From: a bacterium
Lineage (GTDB): Bacteria > Patescibacteriota > Minisyncoccia > Minisyncoccales > UBA10102
Direction of reading: 5' to 3'
DNA: 64,000 nucleotides
Assembly (NCBI GenBank): GCA_030647485.1
Contig: JAUSJT010000001.1
Location: forward strand, 12,947 to 76,946
Shown: piece by piece, positions 43,464 to 53,459 of the stretch
Position numbering within the stretch: the stretch's first letter is position 1
Layout: every line of letters starts with the position of its first letter
Program-made: the position numbers and the translations under genes
The notes under the pieces: generated by a model
Databases searched by the model: none
Told to the model about the DNA's origin: nothing
Seen by the model: the letters and a program-made list of their open reading frames with translations, nothing else

Positions 43464-45527
43464 CTATTTTGAGTTTTCGCACTCCTTATTTGAGCACTTT
43501 ACCACATCTTTTCCTGTTTCTACGAGAAGAGATTCGCATACTTTGCAAGGTTCTCCCGTTGGTTTTTGCCACAATGCAAACGTGCATGCAGGGTATGTGT
43601 TGCACCCGTAGAATGTTCTTCTTGTTTTGGTGAGTTTACGTACGATTTCTCCTTTCTTGTCCCGCTGCGCGGGATCTGGCGAAGCCAGACACACAGGGCA
43701 GGGAATGCCAAGGCCTGTCTTTTCTTTCTGCATATTCTCTGTATATCTGCATTTGGGAAACGTGGAGCAAGCGTAGAACTTTCCAAACCTTCCCATGCGA
43801 ACGATAAGGGGAGAGGAGCATGTGGGGCAGGTTTTATCCGTGGTTTCTGTGATGATGTCTTTTTTTAAAACCTCTTCGTATTTCTTTGCGAGGTTTTCTT
43901 CAAAAGGCACGTAGAATTCTCTCATGGTAGGAACCCACTCTTTTTCTCCTTGGGCTATCTTATCTAACTTTTCTTCCATGTCCGCGGTAAAGGCGATATC
44001 AACGATTTGTGGAAAATGCTGTACCAGCACATCGTTGACCGTGAATCCAAGATCCGTTGGTTTAAATCTTCTTTGTTCGTCTTTTTCAATGTATCCGCGA
44101 TCTTGAATAGTAGAGAGAGTGGGGGCATAGGTGGAAGGTCTTCCAATGCCGTGTTCTTCCAATGCTTTTACCAGCGAGGCTTCTGTGAAGCGCGCAGGAG
44201 GCTGGGTAAAATGCTGGAAGGGATTTAGGGTTATGAGACTTGCCACATCATCTTTTTGAAGCTCTGGAAGTTCTTTCTCCTCAAACTTCATAGGATATAC
44301 TTTTAAGAACCCGTCAAACTTTAGTGTTTGTCCCGTGGAAGCGAAAACAGCATCTTTTGCCGAAATTTCAGCCTTGGTAAGGTCAAGAATTGCCTGGCTC
44401 ATTTGCGACGCCATAAAGCGTCTCCACACGAGGTCGTAGAGCTTGAAGCTGCGGGGGTCCAGTTTCTTTTGAACCTTCAGAGATTCTGGGGATTCTGCAG
44501 GGTACGTTGGCCGTATTGCCTCGTGCGCTTCTTGGGCGCCTTTTGACCTTCCTTTGAATATCCTCGGAGACCCTGGCCAATAATTCTCCCCATACGTGTT
44601 TGTAATATATGTGTGTGCGGCTTGAAGGGAGAATTCAGAAAGGTTGACAGAGTCTGTGCGGTGGTAGGTGATAAATCCCGTTTCATACAGGTGTTGGGCA
44701 ACAGACATGGTTGTCCTTGCGGTAAAACGCAGTTTCTTTGATGCTTCCTGTTGCAAGGTCGATGTCATAAACGGAGGAAGGGGATTATGCCGTGTTTCCC
44801 GTTTCTCTACTTTTTCTACCAGGTATTCTGCTTCCTGCAGGTCCTTCATCAAGTCGTCAGCTTCTTTCTGTGTCTTGATGGTGAGCTTGGAAATGACCTC
44901 ATCACCATTTTTAATAAGTATTGCCTGGAATTCTTTCTTGCCCTTTTCCAAGACAGCTTCTATGCTCCAGTATTCTTGTGGTTTGAATGCTTGGATTTCC
45001 CGTTCGCGGTCTGCAACAAGGCGTACTGCTACTGATTGTACGCGTCCTGCAGACAGCCCTCGCGCGATCTTTTTCCAAAGAAAAGGGGAGAGTTTATATC
45101 CCACCAGCCTATCTAAGATTCGTCGCGCTTGCTGGGCGTTCACCCTGTTCATGTCTATGGCTCTTGGGTGTTTTAACGCGTCAACAATTGCTTCCTTTGT
45201 TATCTCGTGGAATACGATGCGTTTTGGGTCTTTGAGACCGAGCACCTCTGCAATGTGCCAGGCAATAGCTTCTCCTTCTCGGTCCTCGTCGGTTGCAAGA
45301 ATGGTTTCTTCTGCTTTCTTTGCCAGTTTTTTCAGGCTGGTCACCGTCTTTCTTGCCTTTGTGGGGATGACGTAGGAAGGAGTAAAGTCATGCTCAACAT
45401 CAATGCCTATGTTTCCTTTGGGAAGATCGCGAATATGTCCCAAAGAAGATTGGACTTCATATTCTTTCCCAAGAAACTTTTTTAATGTGAGAGCCTTTGT
45501 GGGGCTTTCAACCACAATAAACTTCAT
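43464..45527 (-). CDS. topA: DNA topoisomerase I
   Basis: MKFIVVESPTKA (Toprim), ITYHRTDS active-site tyrosine region, and C-terminal Cys4 zinc fingers. Confidence 0.95.
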   Translation of the reverse strand: MKFIVVESPTKALTLKKFLGKEYEVQSSLGHIRDLPKGNIGIDVEHDFTPSYVIPTKARKTVTSLKKLAKKAEETILATDEDREGEAIAWHIAEVLGLKDPKRIVFHEITKEAIVDALKHPRAIDMNRVNAQQARRILDRLVGYKLSPFLWKKIARGLSAGRVQSVAVRLVADREREIQAFKPQEYWSIEAVLEKGKKEFQAILIKNGDEVISKLTIKTQKEADDLMKDLQEAEYLVEKVEKRETRHNPLPPFMTSTLQQEASKKLRFTARTTMSVAQHLYETGFITYHRTDSVNLSEFSLQAAHTYITNTYGENYWPGSPRIFKGRSKGAQEAHEAIRPTYPAESPESLKVQKKLDPRSFKLYDLVWRRFMASQMSQAILDLTKAEISAKDAVFASTGQTLKFDGFLKVYPMKFEEKELPELQKDDVASLITLNPFQHFTQPPARFTEASLVKALEEHGIGRPSTYAPTLSTIQDRGYIEKDEQRRFKPTDLGFTVNDVLVQHFPQIVDIAFTADMEEKLDKIAQGEKEWVPTMREFYVPFEENLAKKYEEVLKKDIITETTDKTCPTCSSPLIVRMGRFGKFYACSTFPKCRYTENMQKEKTGLGIPCPVCLASPDPAQRDKKGEIVRKLTKTRRTFYGCNTYPACTFALWQKPTGEPCKVCESLLVETGKDVVKCSNKECENSK

Positions 45528-45540
45528 GCTTTTTACTGTA

Positions 45541-47499
45541 TCACGATTTTAGTTTTTCCACCGCCTCGCTTAACATCTGACAATAAAGATTGAGACCGAC
45601 TGCGTTCACGTTTCCCGATTGTTCTTTCCCAAGAATGTTTCCTGCACCCCGTATCTCCATATCCCTCAACGCAATGCGATATCCAGACCCCAGAGCTCCA
45701 GCTTCGCTTAGGGCGTCAAGACGCAGTTTTACCTTGCCTTCTAGTTTTGCTCCGTGCAGAAAATATGCGAAAGACTCGGTGTGCGATCTCCCGACCCGCC
45801 CCCGTATCTGGTAGGCCTGGGAAAGCCCGAGTTTTGTTGCGTCTTCTACAACCAAAGTGTTTACGTTGGGAAGATCTAGGCCGTTCTCAATAATAGTGGT
45901 TGCGACCAGCACATCATACGTTCTATCTTTAAAGTCGTCCATGACGCGTATGAGTTCTCGTTCTCGTAATCTTCCATGTACTATGCCAATGCGTGCGCTG
46001 GGAACGAGTCGCTCTAGATGTTTTTTGACTAATGCAATGGTCCCAATGCGGTTATGCAGGTAATATATCTGTCCTTTACGTGCAAGCTCTTTTTCTATGG
46101 CTTCCCGTATAATCTTTTCGTTTCTCTTCTGCACTACTATGCGTACAGGAAATCTTCCCTCGGGAGGAGTTTGTATGATGCTGATGTTCTTCAAGGAAGC
46201 TAGAGACATATACAGGGTGCGGGGGATCGGAGTGGCAGATAAAGAGAGAACGTCCAGAGAGGTTTTTAATTCCCTAAGTTTTTCTTTCTGTTTTACCCCG
46301 AATCGCTGTTCGTCGTCTATAACCAGCAGGCCAAGATTCTTGAACTGTACGTCAGAAGAAAAAAGGCGATGGGTGGATACTATGAGATCTGCTTTTCCCG
46401 TGTGTATTTTTTCTAGAGCTATATGTTGCTCTTTTTGTGTTTGGAGACGAGAGAGAAAGACAACTTGCAAGGGTAGGTTTTTTAACCTCGCAGAGAAATT
46501 CTGGAAATGCTGGTATGCGAGAATGGTGGTGGGGGCCAAGAGCGCTGCCTGATACCCTTGTTCTACTGCGCGAACCATGGTTCTTAGGGCAACCTCGGTT
46601 TTCCCGAATCCAACGTCTCCGCACAAGAGCCTGTCCATGGGCTCTGTGCGCTCCAAGTCCTTATTAATTTCTTGGAGAGCCTGTATTTGATCTGGAGTTT
46701 CTTCGTACTGGAATGATGAGGCAACGTGTTCTGAAAGCAGGCTCGGTTCTTGGTAGGGAAGGCGCGAAGTGACTTCTCGCTGCGCGTATAGGTCCAAGAG
46801 CTGCTGGGCAAGTTTCTCTACTTCTTCTTTTATCTTCCGTTTTGTTTTTGACCAGAAAGGAGAGCCCAGCCTAGAGATGTGCGGCTCTCCAAAACCAACG
46901 TACCTGGATAATTTCCGTTCTAGTCCCACGGGAACAAAGAGTTTGTCTTGCCCCAGATATTCTAATGTATAGTAGAGATGTTCTGGCATGAGTTCTTGCA
47001 TGCCCGTATACTGCGCAACCCCGTGGTCTAGGTGCACAAGGTATTCCCCTTCCTTGAGGTTTTTAATGTCAGAAAATAATTTTTGGGATTTGAGACGTTT
47101 CTTTAAAATATTCTTTACTACTTCTTCGTCTGCGTTTTTCTCTAACCGTTCTATACTTTCTATCTTGTTCCCAAGGAATTCTATGCGTATGGCGTTCGAT
47201 GAATTAATGGGGAACACCTCAACGTGTCCTCCAAGATGTACGAATTCTCCGGGATCCCGTACCTCAAAAACTTTCTCATATCCCAATTCGTCTAGTTTTC
47301 TTAAAAGTTCGGATAAGGAGTGTTCCTGGTTTTTTTCTAACAAGAGCGTGTTTTCTTGAAAGAATACCTGGGTTTGCCGCGCCTCTACTATTTTTGCGAA
47401 GTTTTCTTCAAACCAAACGTTGCCCTTTTCCAGAAAATATGGGGTTATACCAACTATCAATACTCTTTCAATTGTTTTTGATGGATGTGCTATTGGCAT
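45541..47499 (-). CDS. mfd: Transcription-repair coupling factor Mfd, compact form (652 aa)
   Basis: FQYEETPDQIQALQEINKDLERTEPMDRLLCGDVGFGKTEVA, DEQRFG, and a CarD-like EGEYLVHLDHGVAQY. Appears to lack the long N- and C-terminal extensions of E. coli Mfd. Confidence 0.85.
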   Translation of the reverse strand: MPIAHPSKTIERVLIVGITPYFLEKGNVWFEENFAKIVEARQTQVFFQENTLLLEKNQEHSLSELLRKLDELGYEKVFEVRDPGEFVHLGGHVEVFPINSSNAIRIEFLGNKIESIERLEKNADEEVVKNILKKRLKSQKLFSDIKNLKEGEYLVHLDHGVAQYTGMQELMPEHLYYTLEYLGQDKLFVPVGLERKLSRYVGFGEPHISRLGSPFWSKTKRKIKEEVEKLAQQLLDLYAQREVTSRLPYQEPSLLSEHVASSFQYEETPDQIQALQEINKDLERTEPMDRLLCGDVGFGKTEVALRTMVRAVEQGYQAALLAPTTILAYQHFQNFSARLKNLPLQVVFLSRLQTQKEQHIALEKIHTGKADLIVSTHRLFSSDVQFKNLGLLVIDDEQRFGVKQKEKLRELKTSLDVLSLSATPIPRTLYMSLASLKNISIIQTPPEGRFPVRIVVQKRNEKIIREAIEKELARKGQIYYLHNRIGTIALVKKHLERLVPSARIGIVHGRLRERELIRVMDDFKDRTYDVLVATTIIENGLDLPNVNTLVVEDATKLGLSQAYQIRGRVGRSHTESFAYFLHGAKLEGKVKLRLDALSEAGALGSGYRIALRDMEIRGAGNILGKEQSGNVNAVGLNLYCQMLSEAVEKLKS

Positions 47500-47618
47500 C
47501 CGTACTCTTGTATAACAAAAACCCCCATATTTTCATAGAGGGCGTCTTGTTTCAATATGCATCAAGATTCTGCTGCAGCAAGAATTTGAGTTATCTCTTT
47601 ATCATTGCCATGGCAGTG

Positions 47619-48173
47619 TTAAGAAGATAGTTTTGCAAGCGCTTGAATTGCGTTTTGCAAAGCAGATTGCAAAAGAGGGAGCTCTGATTTTTGAAAGGGC
47701 CTTAGTACAAACTCCTCAACATTTGCTGGTTTTCCCCTTTCTGGCTGAATGCCTATCCGTATTCTTATAAAGTCCTTTGTTCCAAGAGACTGAATAATGG
47801 AGCCTACGCCTTTGTGCCCCGCAGATCCCGATCCCTTTGAGACTTTTACTTTCCCAAGCGGTATGTCAATGTCATCATGGATTACCACGAGTTCTTGTCT
47901 GCCTAAGCTTAGCTTAGGAGTACCTAAGCTAAGCTTAGGCAGAAGCGCCTTTACGGCTTTGCCGGAGTTGTTCATAAACGTCTGGGGTTTCACTAGTACT
48001 ACCTTGGCGAGACCAAGGATCCCCTCGGAGATGAGAGATGAATGTTTTTTGGAAAGTTTGAAAGGTGGAAACTCATTGGCTTTTGCAAACTCATCCAACG
48101 CCATAAACCCCATATTATGTGGGGTATTATCATATTCTTTTCCCGGATTTCCGAGTCCTACAATTAGAAACAT
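47619..48173 (-). CDS. pth: Peptidyl-tRNA hydrolase
   Basis: MFLIVGLGNPGKEYDNTPHNMGF and GSGSAGHKGVGSI. I prefer the ATG at 48173. The track start (TTG, 48182) adds MNY. Confidence 0.9.
   Translation of the reverse strand: MFLIVGLGNPGKEYDNTPHNMGFMALDEFAKANEFPPFKLSKKHSSLISEGILGLAKVVLVKPQTFMNNSGKAVKALLPKLSLGTPKLSLGRQELVVIHDDIDIPLGKVKVSKGSGSAGHKGVGSIIQSLGTKDFIRIRIGIQPERGKPANVEEFVLRPFQKSELPLLQSALQNAIQALAKLSS
47901..47940 (-). repeat. 40-nt double-hairpin palindromic element (CCTAAGC type) in frame in pth
   Basis: GCCTAAGCTTAGCTTAGG-AGTA-CCTAAGCTAAGCTTAGGC is a perfect palindrome apart from the central 4 nt. It encodes PKLSLGTPKLSLG in a loop that is variable in Pth. Confidence 0.9.
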
Positions 48174-48180
48174 ATAGTTC

Positions 48181-48252
48181 AAACTCTATCTTTTCTTTGC
48201 GCTTTACCCCACTGCGGTGGGGCCCTACGCGTCTTCAGAAAAGCCAGAGTTT
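48181..48252 (+). repeat. Copy C of the 72-74-nt hairpin repeat
   Basis: Arms AAACTCTATCTTTTCT / AGAAAAGCCAGAGTTT (14 of 16 bp). Core is identical to copy B. Lies in the divergent pth/lepB spacer, in the same orientation as lepB. Confidence 0.85.
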
Positions 48253-48308
48253 TCACTATTATATCATTTATCTTGCAAAAAGATGAAATTCTGGTATACT
48301 GGCAAAGT

Positions 48309-48854
48309 ATGAGAGGCGTTATTTCCTTTATATGGGAGTTAGCAAAGATAGGGGTTGTAGCCGCGCTTATCGTGGTTCCCCTACGAATGTACGTATTCCA
48401 GCCCTTTTTAGTAAAAGGAGATTCCATGGTTCCCAATTTCCATAACGGAGATTACCTTATCGTAGACGAGCTGTCGTATAAGTTCCGCAGCCCGGAACGT
48501 ACAGATGTCATTGTCCTAAAGTTTCCGTACGATCCCTCCCAGCGCTTTATCAAAAGAATAGTTGGGCTGCCGGGGGAAACCATTGAAATCAAAGACGGAA
48601 AGGTGGTGATATACCATGCTAGCTCACAGGAAGCGTTTGTGCTTGACGAAGCAGAATATCTTGGGGCGTTGCGAACTCCAGGATCTGTGAAGGTTCAATT
48701 GAAAGAGGGCGAATACTTTGTGCTGGGGGATAATAGGGAATTTTCTTCCGATTCTCGGTCCTGGGGCCCGCTTAACACCCAATATATTGTAGGAAGAATG
48801 CTCTGGAAGGTGTTTTCTTTAGATGCGCTTGGAGAATTAGTCAATCCACAATAA
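48309..48854 (+). CDS. lepB: Signal peptidase I
   Basis: VKGDSMVPN (catalytic Ser), RIVGLPGETIE, GDNREFSSDSRSWG. An alternative TTG start lies at 48273. Confidence 0.85.
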   Translation: MRGVISFIWELAKIGVVAALIVVPLRMYVFQPFLVKGDSMVPNFHNGDYLIVDELSYKFRSPERTDVIVLKFPYDPSQRFIKRIVGLPGETIEIKDGKVVIYHASSQEAFVLDEAEYLGALRTPGSVKVQLKEGEYFVLGDNREFSSDSRSWGPLNTQYIVGRMLWKVFSLDALGELVNPQ

Positions 48855-48857
48855 TCT

Positions 48858-50168
48858 ATGGCAAAAAAATCGAGATTGCAGGCTCCTCAAGGCATGCACG
48901 ACGTGCTTGGAGAAGACCAGCCCTATTTTAAAAGAATTTGGGACGCAGTGAATGAAATAGCCCATTTTTATGCGTTCTCAAAAATAGACACCCCTATAGC
49001 GGAGTATTCAGAACTCTATGAAAAGGGTACGGGGCTCACCACGGATATCGTAGAAAAGCAGATGTATGCCTTTAAAACCAAGGGGGGAGACGCGCTTGCC
49101 CTGCGGCCCGAGTTTACTCCGGGCATTGTACGGGCATTCATTCAGCACGGCATGTTTTCTTGGCCCCAGCCAGTAAAACTGTATACCTACGGACCCTTGT
49201 TCCGCTACGAGCATCCGCAAGCTGGCAGATACCGCCAATTCAACCAGTTTGACTTTGAGGTGTTTGGAGAACAAGCAGCCGCCATTGACGCCCAGGTAAT
49301 CCAAATCTTCTACACCATTCTTAAGGAATTGAAGTTTGGGCATTTGGTGGTTGAAGTGAACAGCATTGGCGACTACCAGTGTAGGCCCTATTACAAGAAA
49401 GTTTTGGTGAACTTTCTGCGCCCTAGGCAATATTCTTTGTGCGCGGACTGCAGGAGAAGAATAAAAGAAAATCCCTTGCGCGTCTTGGACTGCAAAGAAG
49501 AGAAGTGCCAGCGGGTAAAGTCCCAGGCGCCCCAAGTGATTGATCACTTATGCGAAGAATGCAAGACTCATTTCAAGTCTCTTTTGGAGTTTTTGGACGA
49601 GGCAGATCTGCCCTATCACTTAGATCCCTATCTTGTGCGGGGGCTGGACTATTATACCAAGACCGTGTTTGAGATTTTTTCTGAGGGTTCAATTCAGCAG
49701 GATCAAGAGGGGTCTCAGACGGTGCAACGGAGCGCGCTTGTTGGAGGGGGAAGGTATGACGCCTTAGTAAGATTAATGGGAGGGAAGGACATTCCAGCAG
49801 TTGGAGCTGCTGCCGGAGTAGAACGCATTATTGCGTTAATGAAAGAAAAACAGCTTCCCGCAGCAGAGGAACCGGCTCCCAAGGTTTTTCTTGCGCAATT
49901 GGGAGATCTTCCAAAGAAGAAATCTTTAAAGCTCTTGGAGGAATTAAGAAAAGCGAAGATTAACATCGCAGAGGCCTTGGGCAGAGATTCTTTACGGACC
50001 CAATTAGCCAGGGCAGATAAGCTTGAAGTAGCGTATACTCTTATACTTGGCCAGAGAGAAGTGCTGGACAATACCATTGTCATTCGCAAAATGGATACTG
50101 GGGAGCAGGAAACCGTGAAAATGGAGAAGGTGGTGGAGGCGTTGAAACAACGCCTTAGAAAATCCTAA
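48858..50168 (+). CDS. hisS: Histidyl-tRNA synthetase
   Basis: GMHDVLGEDQPYF, LRPEFTPGIVRAF, FRYEHPQAGRYRQFNQ, GGGRYD. Confidence 0.95.
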   Translation: MAKKSRLQAPQGMHDVLGEDQPYFKRIWDAVNEIAHFYAFSKIDTPIAEYSELYEKGTGLTTDIVEKQMYAFKTKGGDALALRPEFTPGIVRAFIQHGMFSWPQPVKLYTYGPLFRYEHPQAGRYRQFNQFDFEVFGEQAAAIDAQVIQIFYTILKELKFGHLVVEVNSIGDYQCRPYYKKVLVNFLRPRQYSLCADCRRRIKENPLRVLDCKEEKCQRVKSQAPQVIDHLCEECKTHFKSLLEFLDEADLPYHLDPYLVRGLDYYTKTVFEIFSEGSIQQDQEGSQTVQRSALVGGGRYDALVRLMGGKDIPAVGAAAGVERIIALMKEKQLPAAEEPAPKVFLAQLGDLPKKKSLKLLEELRKAKINIAEALGRDSLRTQLARADKLEVAYTLILGQREVLDNTIVIRKMDTGEQETVKMEKVVEALKQRLRKS

Positions 50169-50250
50169 TTTACGAATGTATCCGAATGCCCCGAATAATA
50201 AGTAGTATTTGTAGATTAGGATACGATTCGTAGATTCGGATTATACTCTT

Positions 50251-50571
50251 ATGGATTGCCTTTTTTGCAAAATTGTGAGAAAAGAGATTCCAGCTGACAT
50301 TGTCTTGGAAGATGAGAGGTTTCTCGTATTTCACGATATTCAGCCAAAGGCTCCCTTACACCTCCTGATTATTCCCAAGAAGCATATTCATTCCGTAGAC
50401 CACGTTGAGATTGAAGATAAGGAATTAATGGGTGAATTAATATTAACAAGCCAAAAGGTCGCGAGGATGCATAACTTGAAAGGGTACAAGCTGCAGATAA
50501 ACGTAGGCAGGGAAGGGGGGCAGGTTGTAGACCATATCCATCTCCATCTTCTGGCCGATATTGCGAAATAA
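50251..50571 (+). CDS. HIT-family (histidine triad) nucleotide hydrolase
   Basis: MDCLFCKIV and the HIHLHLL triad. Confidence 0.9.
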   Translation: MDCLFCKIVRKEIPADIVLEDERFLVFHDIQPKAPLHLLIIPKKHIHSVDHVEIEDKELMGELILTSQKVARMHNLKGYKLQINVGREGGQVVDHIHLHLLADIAK

Positions 50572-50577
50572 CAAACT

Positions 50578-50823
50578 ATGAACACGAAGTTTGAAATAAG
50601 AAAAAATGAACGAGAGACAAATCAGTCTCTCATCCGACGTTTCACGAAACGCTTGAAAGAGAGCGGCATTTTAAAAGGCGCCAAGCAGCGCATGTTTAAG
50701 AGGCGCGAGAAATCAAAGGAACTAATGCGTGCTATCACTTTGCGGAGGATTGTAAAGAATAAAGAGCTTGAAAAACAAAAGAAGCTAGGGAAAGAACCAG
50801 CATCTCGAAGAGGAAGAACTTAG
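50578..50823 (+). CDS. rpsU: 30S ribosomal protein S21 (extended C-terminus)
   Basis: ETNQSLIRRFTKRLKESGILKGAKQRMFKRREKSKE resembles the S21 core. Confidence 0.7.
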   Translation: MNTKFEIRKNERETNQSLIRRFTKRLKESGILKGAKQRMFKRREKSKELMRAITLRRIVKNKELEKQKKLGKEPASRRGRT

Positions 50824-50828
50824 TTTAC

Positions 50829-51332
50829 ATGTTTTCACGCCAAAGCATCCAAGAAGATTTAAAGCAGTCAATGCTCAAGAAAAATGAGCTCCGCACAGGA
50901 ACGTTGCGTATGCTTTTGGCTGCGGTTTCAAATAAGGAAAAAGAAAAGAGGTATAAGATGAGTAAGGCAGAGCCCAATCTTTCAGAGCAGGAACTTCAAG
51001 CAAAGAGCGAGCTTTCTCTTCAAGAAGTTCAAGATGCGGTATCTTCAGAGGTAAAAAAGAGGAGGGAAGCTGCCGAGGGTTTTGAGAAAGGAGGGAGAAA
51101 AGAGCAGGCAGAAAAAGAGAGACAAGAAATGGAGATATTGCTTCCATACCTTCCAACGCAATTGTCAGAAGATGAGATACGGCAGCTTGTGAAAGACGTG
51201 ATTGCGAAGGTCAGAGCTGCTGGCCCGCAGGATTTTGGAAAAGTTATGGGAGTATTGGCTCCGCAAACCAGGGGCAAAGCCGACGGGAATCTTGTTAGCA
51301 AAATTGTGAAAGAACTATTGACGTTACAGTAG
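50829..51332 (+). CDS. GatB/YqeY domain protein
   Basis: IQEDLKQSMLKKNELRTGTLRMLLAAV and the C-terminal GKADGNLVSKIVKELL. Confidence 0.85.
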   Translation: MFSRQSIQEDLKQSMLKKNELRTGTLRMLLAAVSNKEKEKRYKMSKAEPNLSEQELQAKSELSLQEVQDAVSSEVKKRREAAEGFEKGGRKEQAEKERQEMEILLPYLPTQLSEDEIRQLVKDVIAKVRAAGPQDFGKVMGVLAPQTRGKADGNLVSKIVKELLTLQ

Positions 51333-51340
51333 GGGGGGGG
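51332..51340. repeat. G9 homopolymer tract starting in the YqeY stop codon, about 50 nt upstream of the surface-protein gene
   Basis: taGGGGGGGGGta read directly from the sequence. Confidence 0.9.
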
Positions 51341-51389
51341 TACGATGAAATTAGTCGAGTTTTGAATAATATTTTATCATTTCTATAGT

Positions 51390-53456
51390 ATGAGTTTCAA
51401 AAAATTAGTTTTCGTTATTGCGTTTCTCGGAATTTTAGCCGGAGGATTTTTCGCAAACGCGCAACCAGCGCAGGCTGCTACTGTTGAGGAGCTTATGGCC
51501 CTGATCGCTCAATTAAAGGCGCAGATCCTTCAACTTCAGCAGCAGCTTACAACAACTCAAGGCCAGCCAGCGGCTTGGTGCCATACTTTCAACTCCAACC
51601 TGCGTTTTGGAGACAATGGAAGCGAGGTGGTTGCTCTCCAAACCGCTCTTGCAAAGGATGGCGCTTCTCAATGGGAGTTTAAAGGATATGACGGTATCTT
51701 TGATGAAATGACAGCTTCGGTTGTGGTTGGGTTTCAGCAGAAATACGCGAGCGAGATTCTTACTCCTTTTGGCTTAAAGTTTGGCACAGGGTTTGTGGGA
51801 AAAGGCACAAGAGCAAAACTCAATGCTTTATACGGATGTTCAGCATCTGCGGTTCAGCCTGTAACTTCACCTGTTACGGTGATTCCTCCAACGATTGTGA
51901 CCCAGACTAGCCCTGTGCTTACTTTGGGGACAATTATTACCCAGGGTTCTGCTATACAGGTTCCATTAACCTGGACGAATGTTCAAGGGGCCATGAAATA
52001 TAATGTGTATAATAAACATTCTCAAAACGAAGCATATGGCGCAGCAATAGCTGGAGTTGGAGGATTGAGCTATACCGCAACCGCACTCGCCACTCAAGAT
52101 AACTATTTCCAGATTCAAGCTTGCAGTTCTATCACTTGCTATCCCTCTAACGAGGTATTCGTTCAGCAGGCCCTAGGCGTAACCCAACCTTCCATCACCG
52201 TTCTTTCTCCCAACGGAGGAGAACAGTGGGCAGTTGGGAATACTTATGATGTAACTTGGAATAATTATTCCTTGCCAAGCACTTGCAATGTCAGCGTTAC
52301 GCTTTTTAACCCTTCAAATAATGGTTCTGCTTATGGCGGGAATAATACTCCCATTCCCGCTTCCTTGGGAAAATATTCTTTTTACGTATCATCAGTTATT
52401 CCCATTGGGGATAATTACAAAATCCAGGTAATAGGCGACAAGAATTGTTCTGGCACAATGGACCAAAGTGATAATTATTTCAGCATTGTTTCGGCAATAA
52501 CCCCTGTATCGTATTCCGCGCCAGAAATGGTGTATCCGGCAAATGGACAAGTTCTGAATTATGGGTATCCTCATGGCTACATGTTTAAGGTGAAGCCAAT
52601 TGTGGGGGCAACGGCCTATCGCTATCAATTCTTTCAGAACGGTTCATCGGTGCATGATAATCTTAATAGTCTAAGTTCAAATGGAGAGTTTGCGGTCTGG
52701 CCCAGCGAATCTTCTTATTCAAAATTTCAAGAGGGGAATGTATCTGTTTGGATTCGCGCCTTAGTCAACGGCCAATGGACTGAAACAAGAACAATCACAA
52801 TAATCCTTGGAAGATCAGACCTCTATCCTACGCCAATTACAACTCCGAACACTACAGGAGTCATTAAGACTGGCGATCAAGTTTTCTTTGATAGCGGAGT
52901 TGGCAACAAGGGGCCCGTCACAACGGGCATATTTAACATTAAATGGTTTGTTGACGACGTACAGACTGGCTACGGTTCTCATTCCGGGGTTTCTGGCAGT
53001 TCAACAACGATGGAGGGCAATTCGCAGTTTACCTGGACTGCTATTGAGGGTGTCCATACTATAAAGTTTGTAGTGGATGCAGATAATCACGTGAACGAAT
53101 CCGATGAAACGAAGAATACGGCTTCAACAACGGTTACGGTATCTCCAGTAGTAGCGTCTCCATCCATCACTGTTCTTTCTCCGAATGGGGGAGAAAAGCT
53201 TGTAGCTGGGCAGATATATGATATTGCTTGGAAGTTCTCGGGCTCTACCGATAAGATTGTTCAAATTGAGCTTGGGCTTCCAGATTCGGACGGGCCTATT
53301 CTTACAAATGTCGCGGTAAGTCTTCAAAGACATTCTTGGATAGTGCCCTTAGGCATTGCTTCGCGAGATGATTACAGAATTATTATCAGAGAGCCAGCTC
53401 CAACATATACACTTTTAGATAACAGTGATAACTATTTCAGCATTGTTTCTCCTTAA
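51390..53456 (+). CDS. Secreted cell-surface protein: signal peptide, peptidoglycan-binding domain, Ig-like/CARDB-like modules
   Basis: N-terminal signal (FVIAFLGILAGGFFANAQPAQA). PG_binding_1-like LRFGDNGSEVVALQTALAKDG. Duplicated module PSITVLSPNGGE(Q/K) at about 52188 and about 53167. Confidence 0.8.
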   Translation: MSFKKLVFVIAFLGILAGGFFANAQPAQAATVEELMALIAQLKAQILQLQQQLTTTQGQPAAWCHTFNSNLRFGDNGSEVVALQTALAKDGASQWEFKGYDGIFDEMTASVVVGFQQKYASEILTPFGLKFGTGFVGKGTRAKLNALYGCSASAVQPVTSPVTVIPPTIVTQTSPVLTLGTIITQGSAIQVPLTWTNVQGAMKYNVYNKHSQNEAYGAAIAGVGGLSYTATALATQDNYFQIQACSSITCYPSNEVFVQQALGVTQPSITVLSPNGGEQWAVGNTYDVTWNNYSLPSTCNVSVTLFNPSNNGSAYGGNNTPIPASLGKYSFYVSSVIPIGDNYKIQVIGDKNCSGTMDQSDNYFSIVSAITPVSYSAPEMVYPANGQVLNYGYPHGYMFKVKPIVGATAYRYQFFQNGSSVHDNLNSLSSNGEFAVWPSESSYSKFQEGNVSVWIRALVNGQWTETRTITIILGRSDLYPTPITTPNTTGVIKTGDQVFFDSGVGNKGPVTTGIFNIKWFVDDVQTGYGSHSGVSGSSTTMEGNSQFTWTAIEGVHTIKFVVDADNHVNESDETKNTASTTVTVSPVVASPSITVLSPNGGEKLVAGQIYDIAWKFSGSTDKIVQIELGLPDSDGPILTNVAVSLQRHSWIVPLGIASRDDYRIIIREPAPTYTLLDNSDNYFSIVSP

Positions 53457-53459
53457 TTT

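Noticed and set aside
50168-50250. The hisS-HIT spacer as a tRNA or small RNA gene
   Set aside because: It contains blocks and their complements (AATCCTAAT/ATTAGGAT, TACGAAT/ATTCGTA, TCCGAAT/ATTCGGA). These occur in the same rather than mirrored order, so no nested hairpin or cloverleaf forms. I treat it as repeat-derived sequence.
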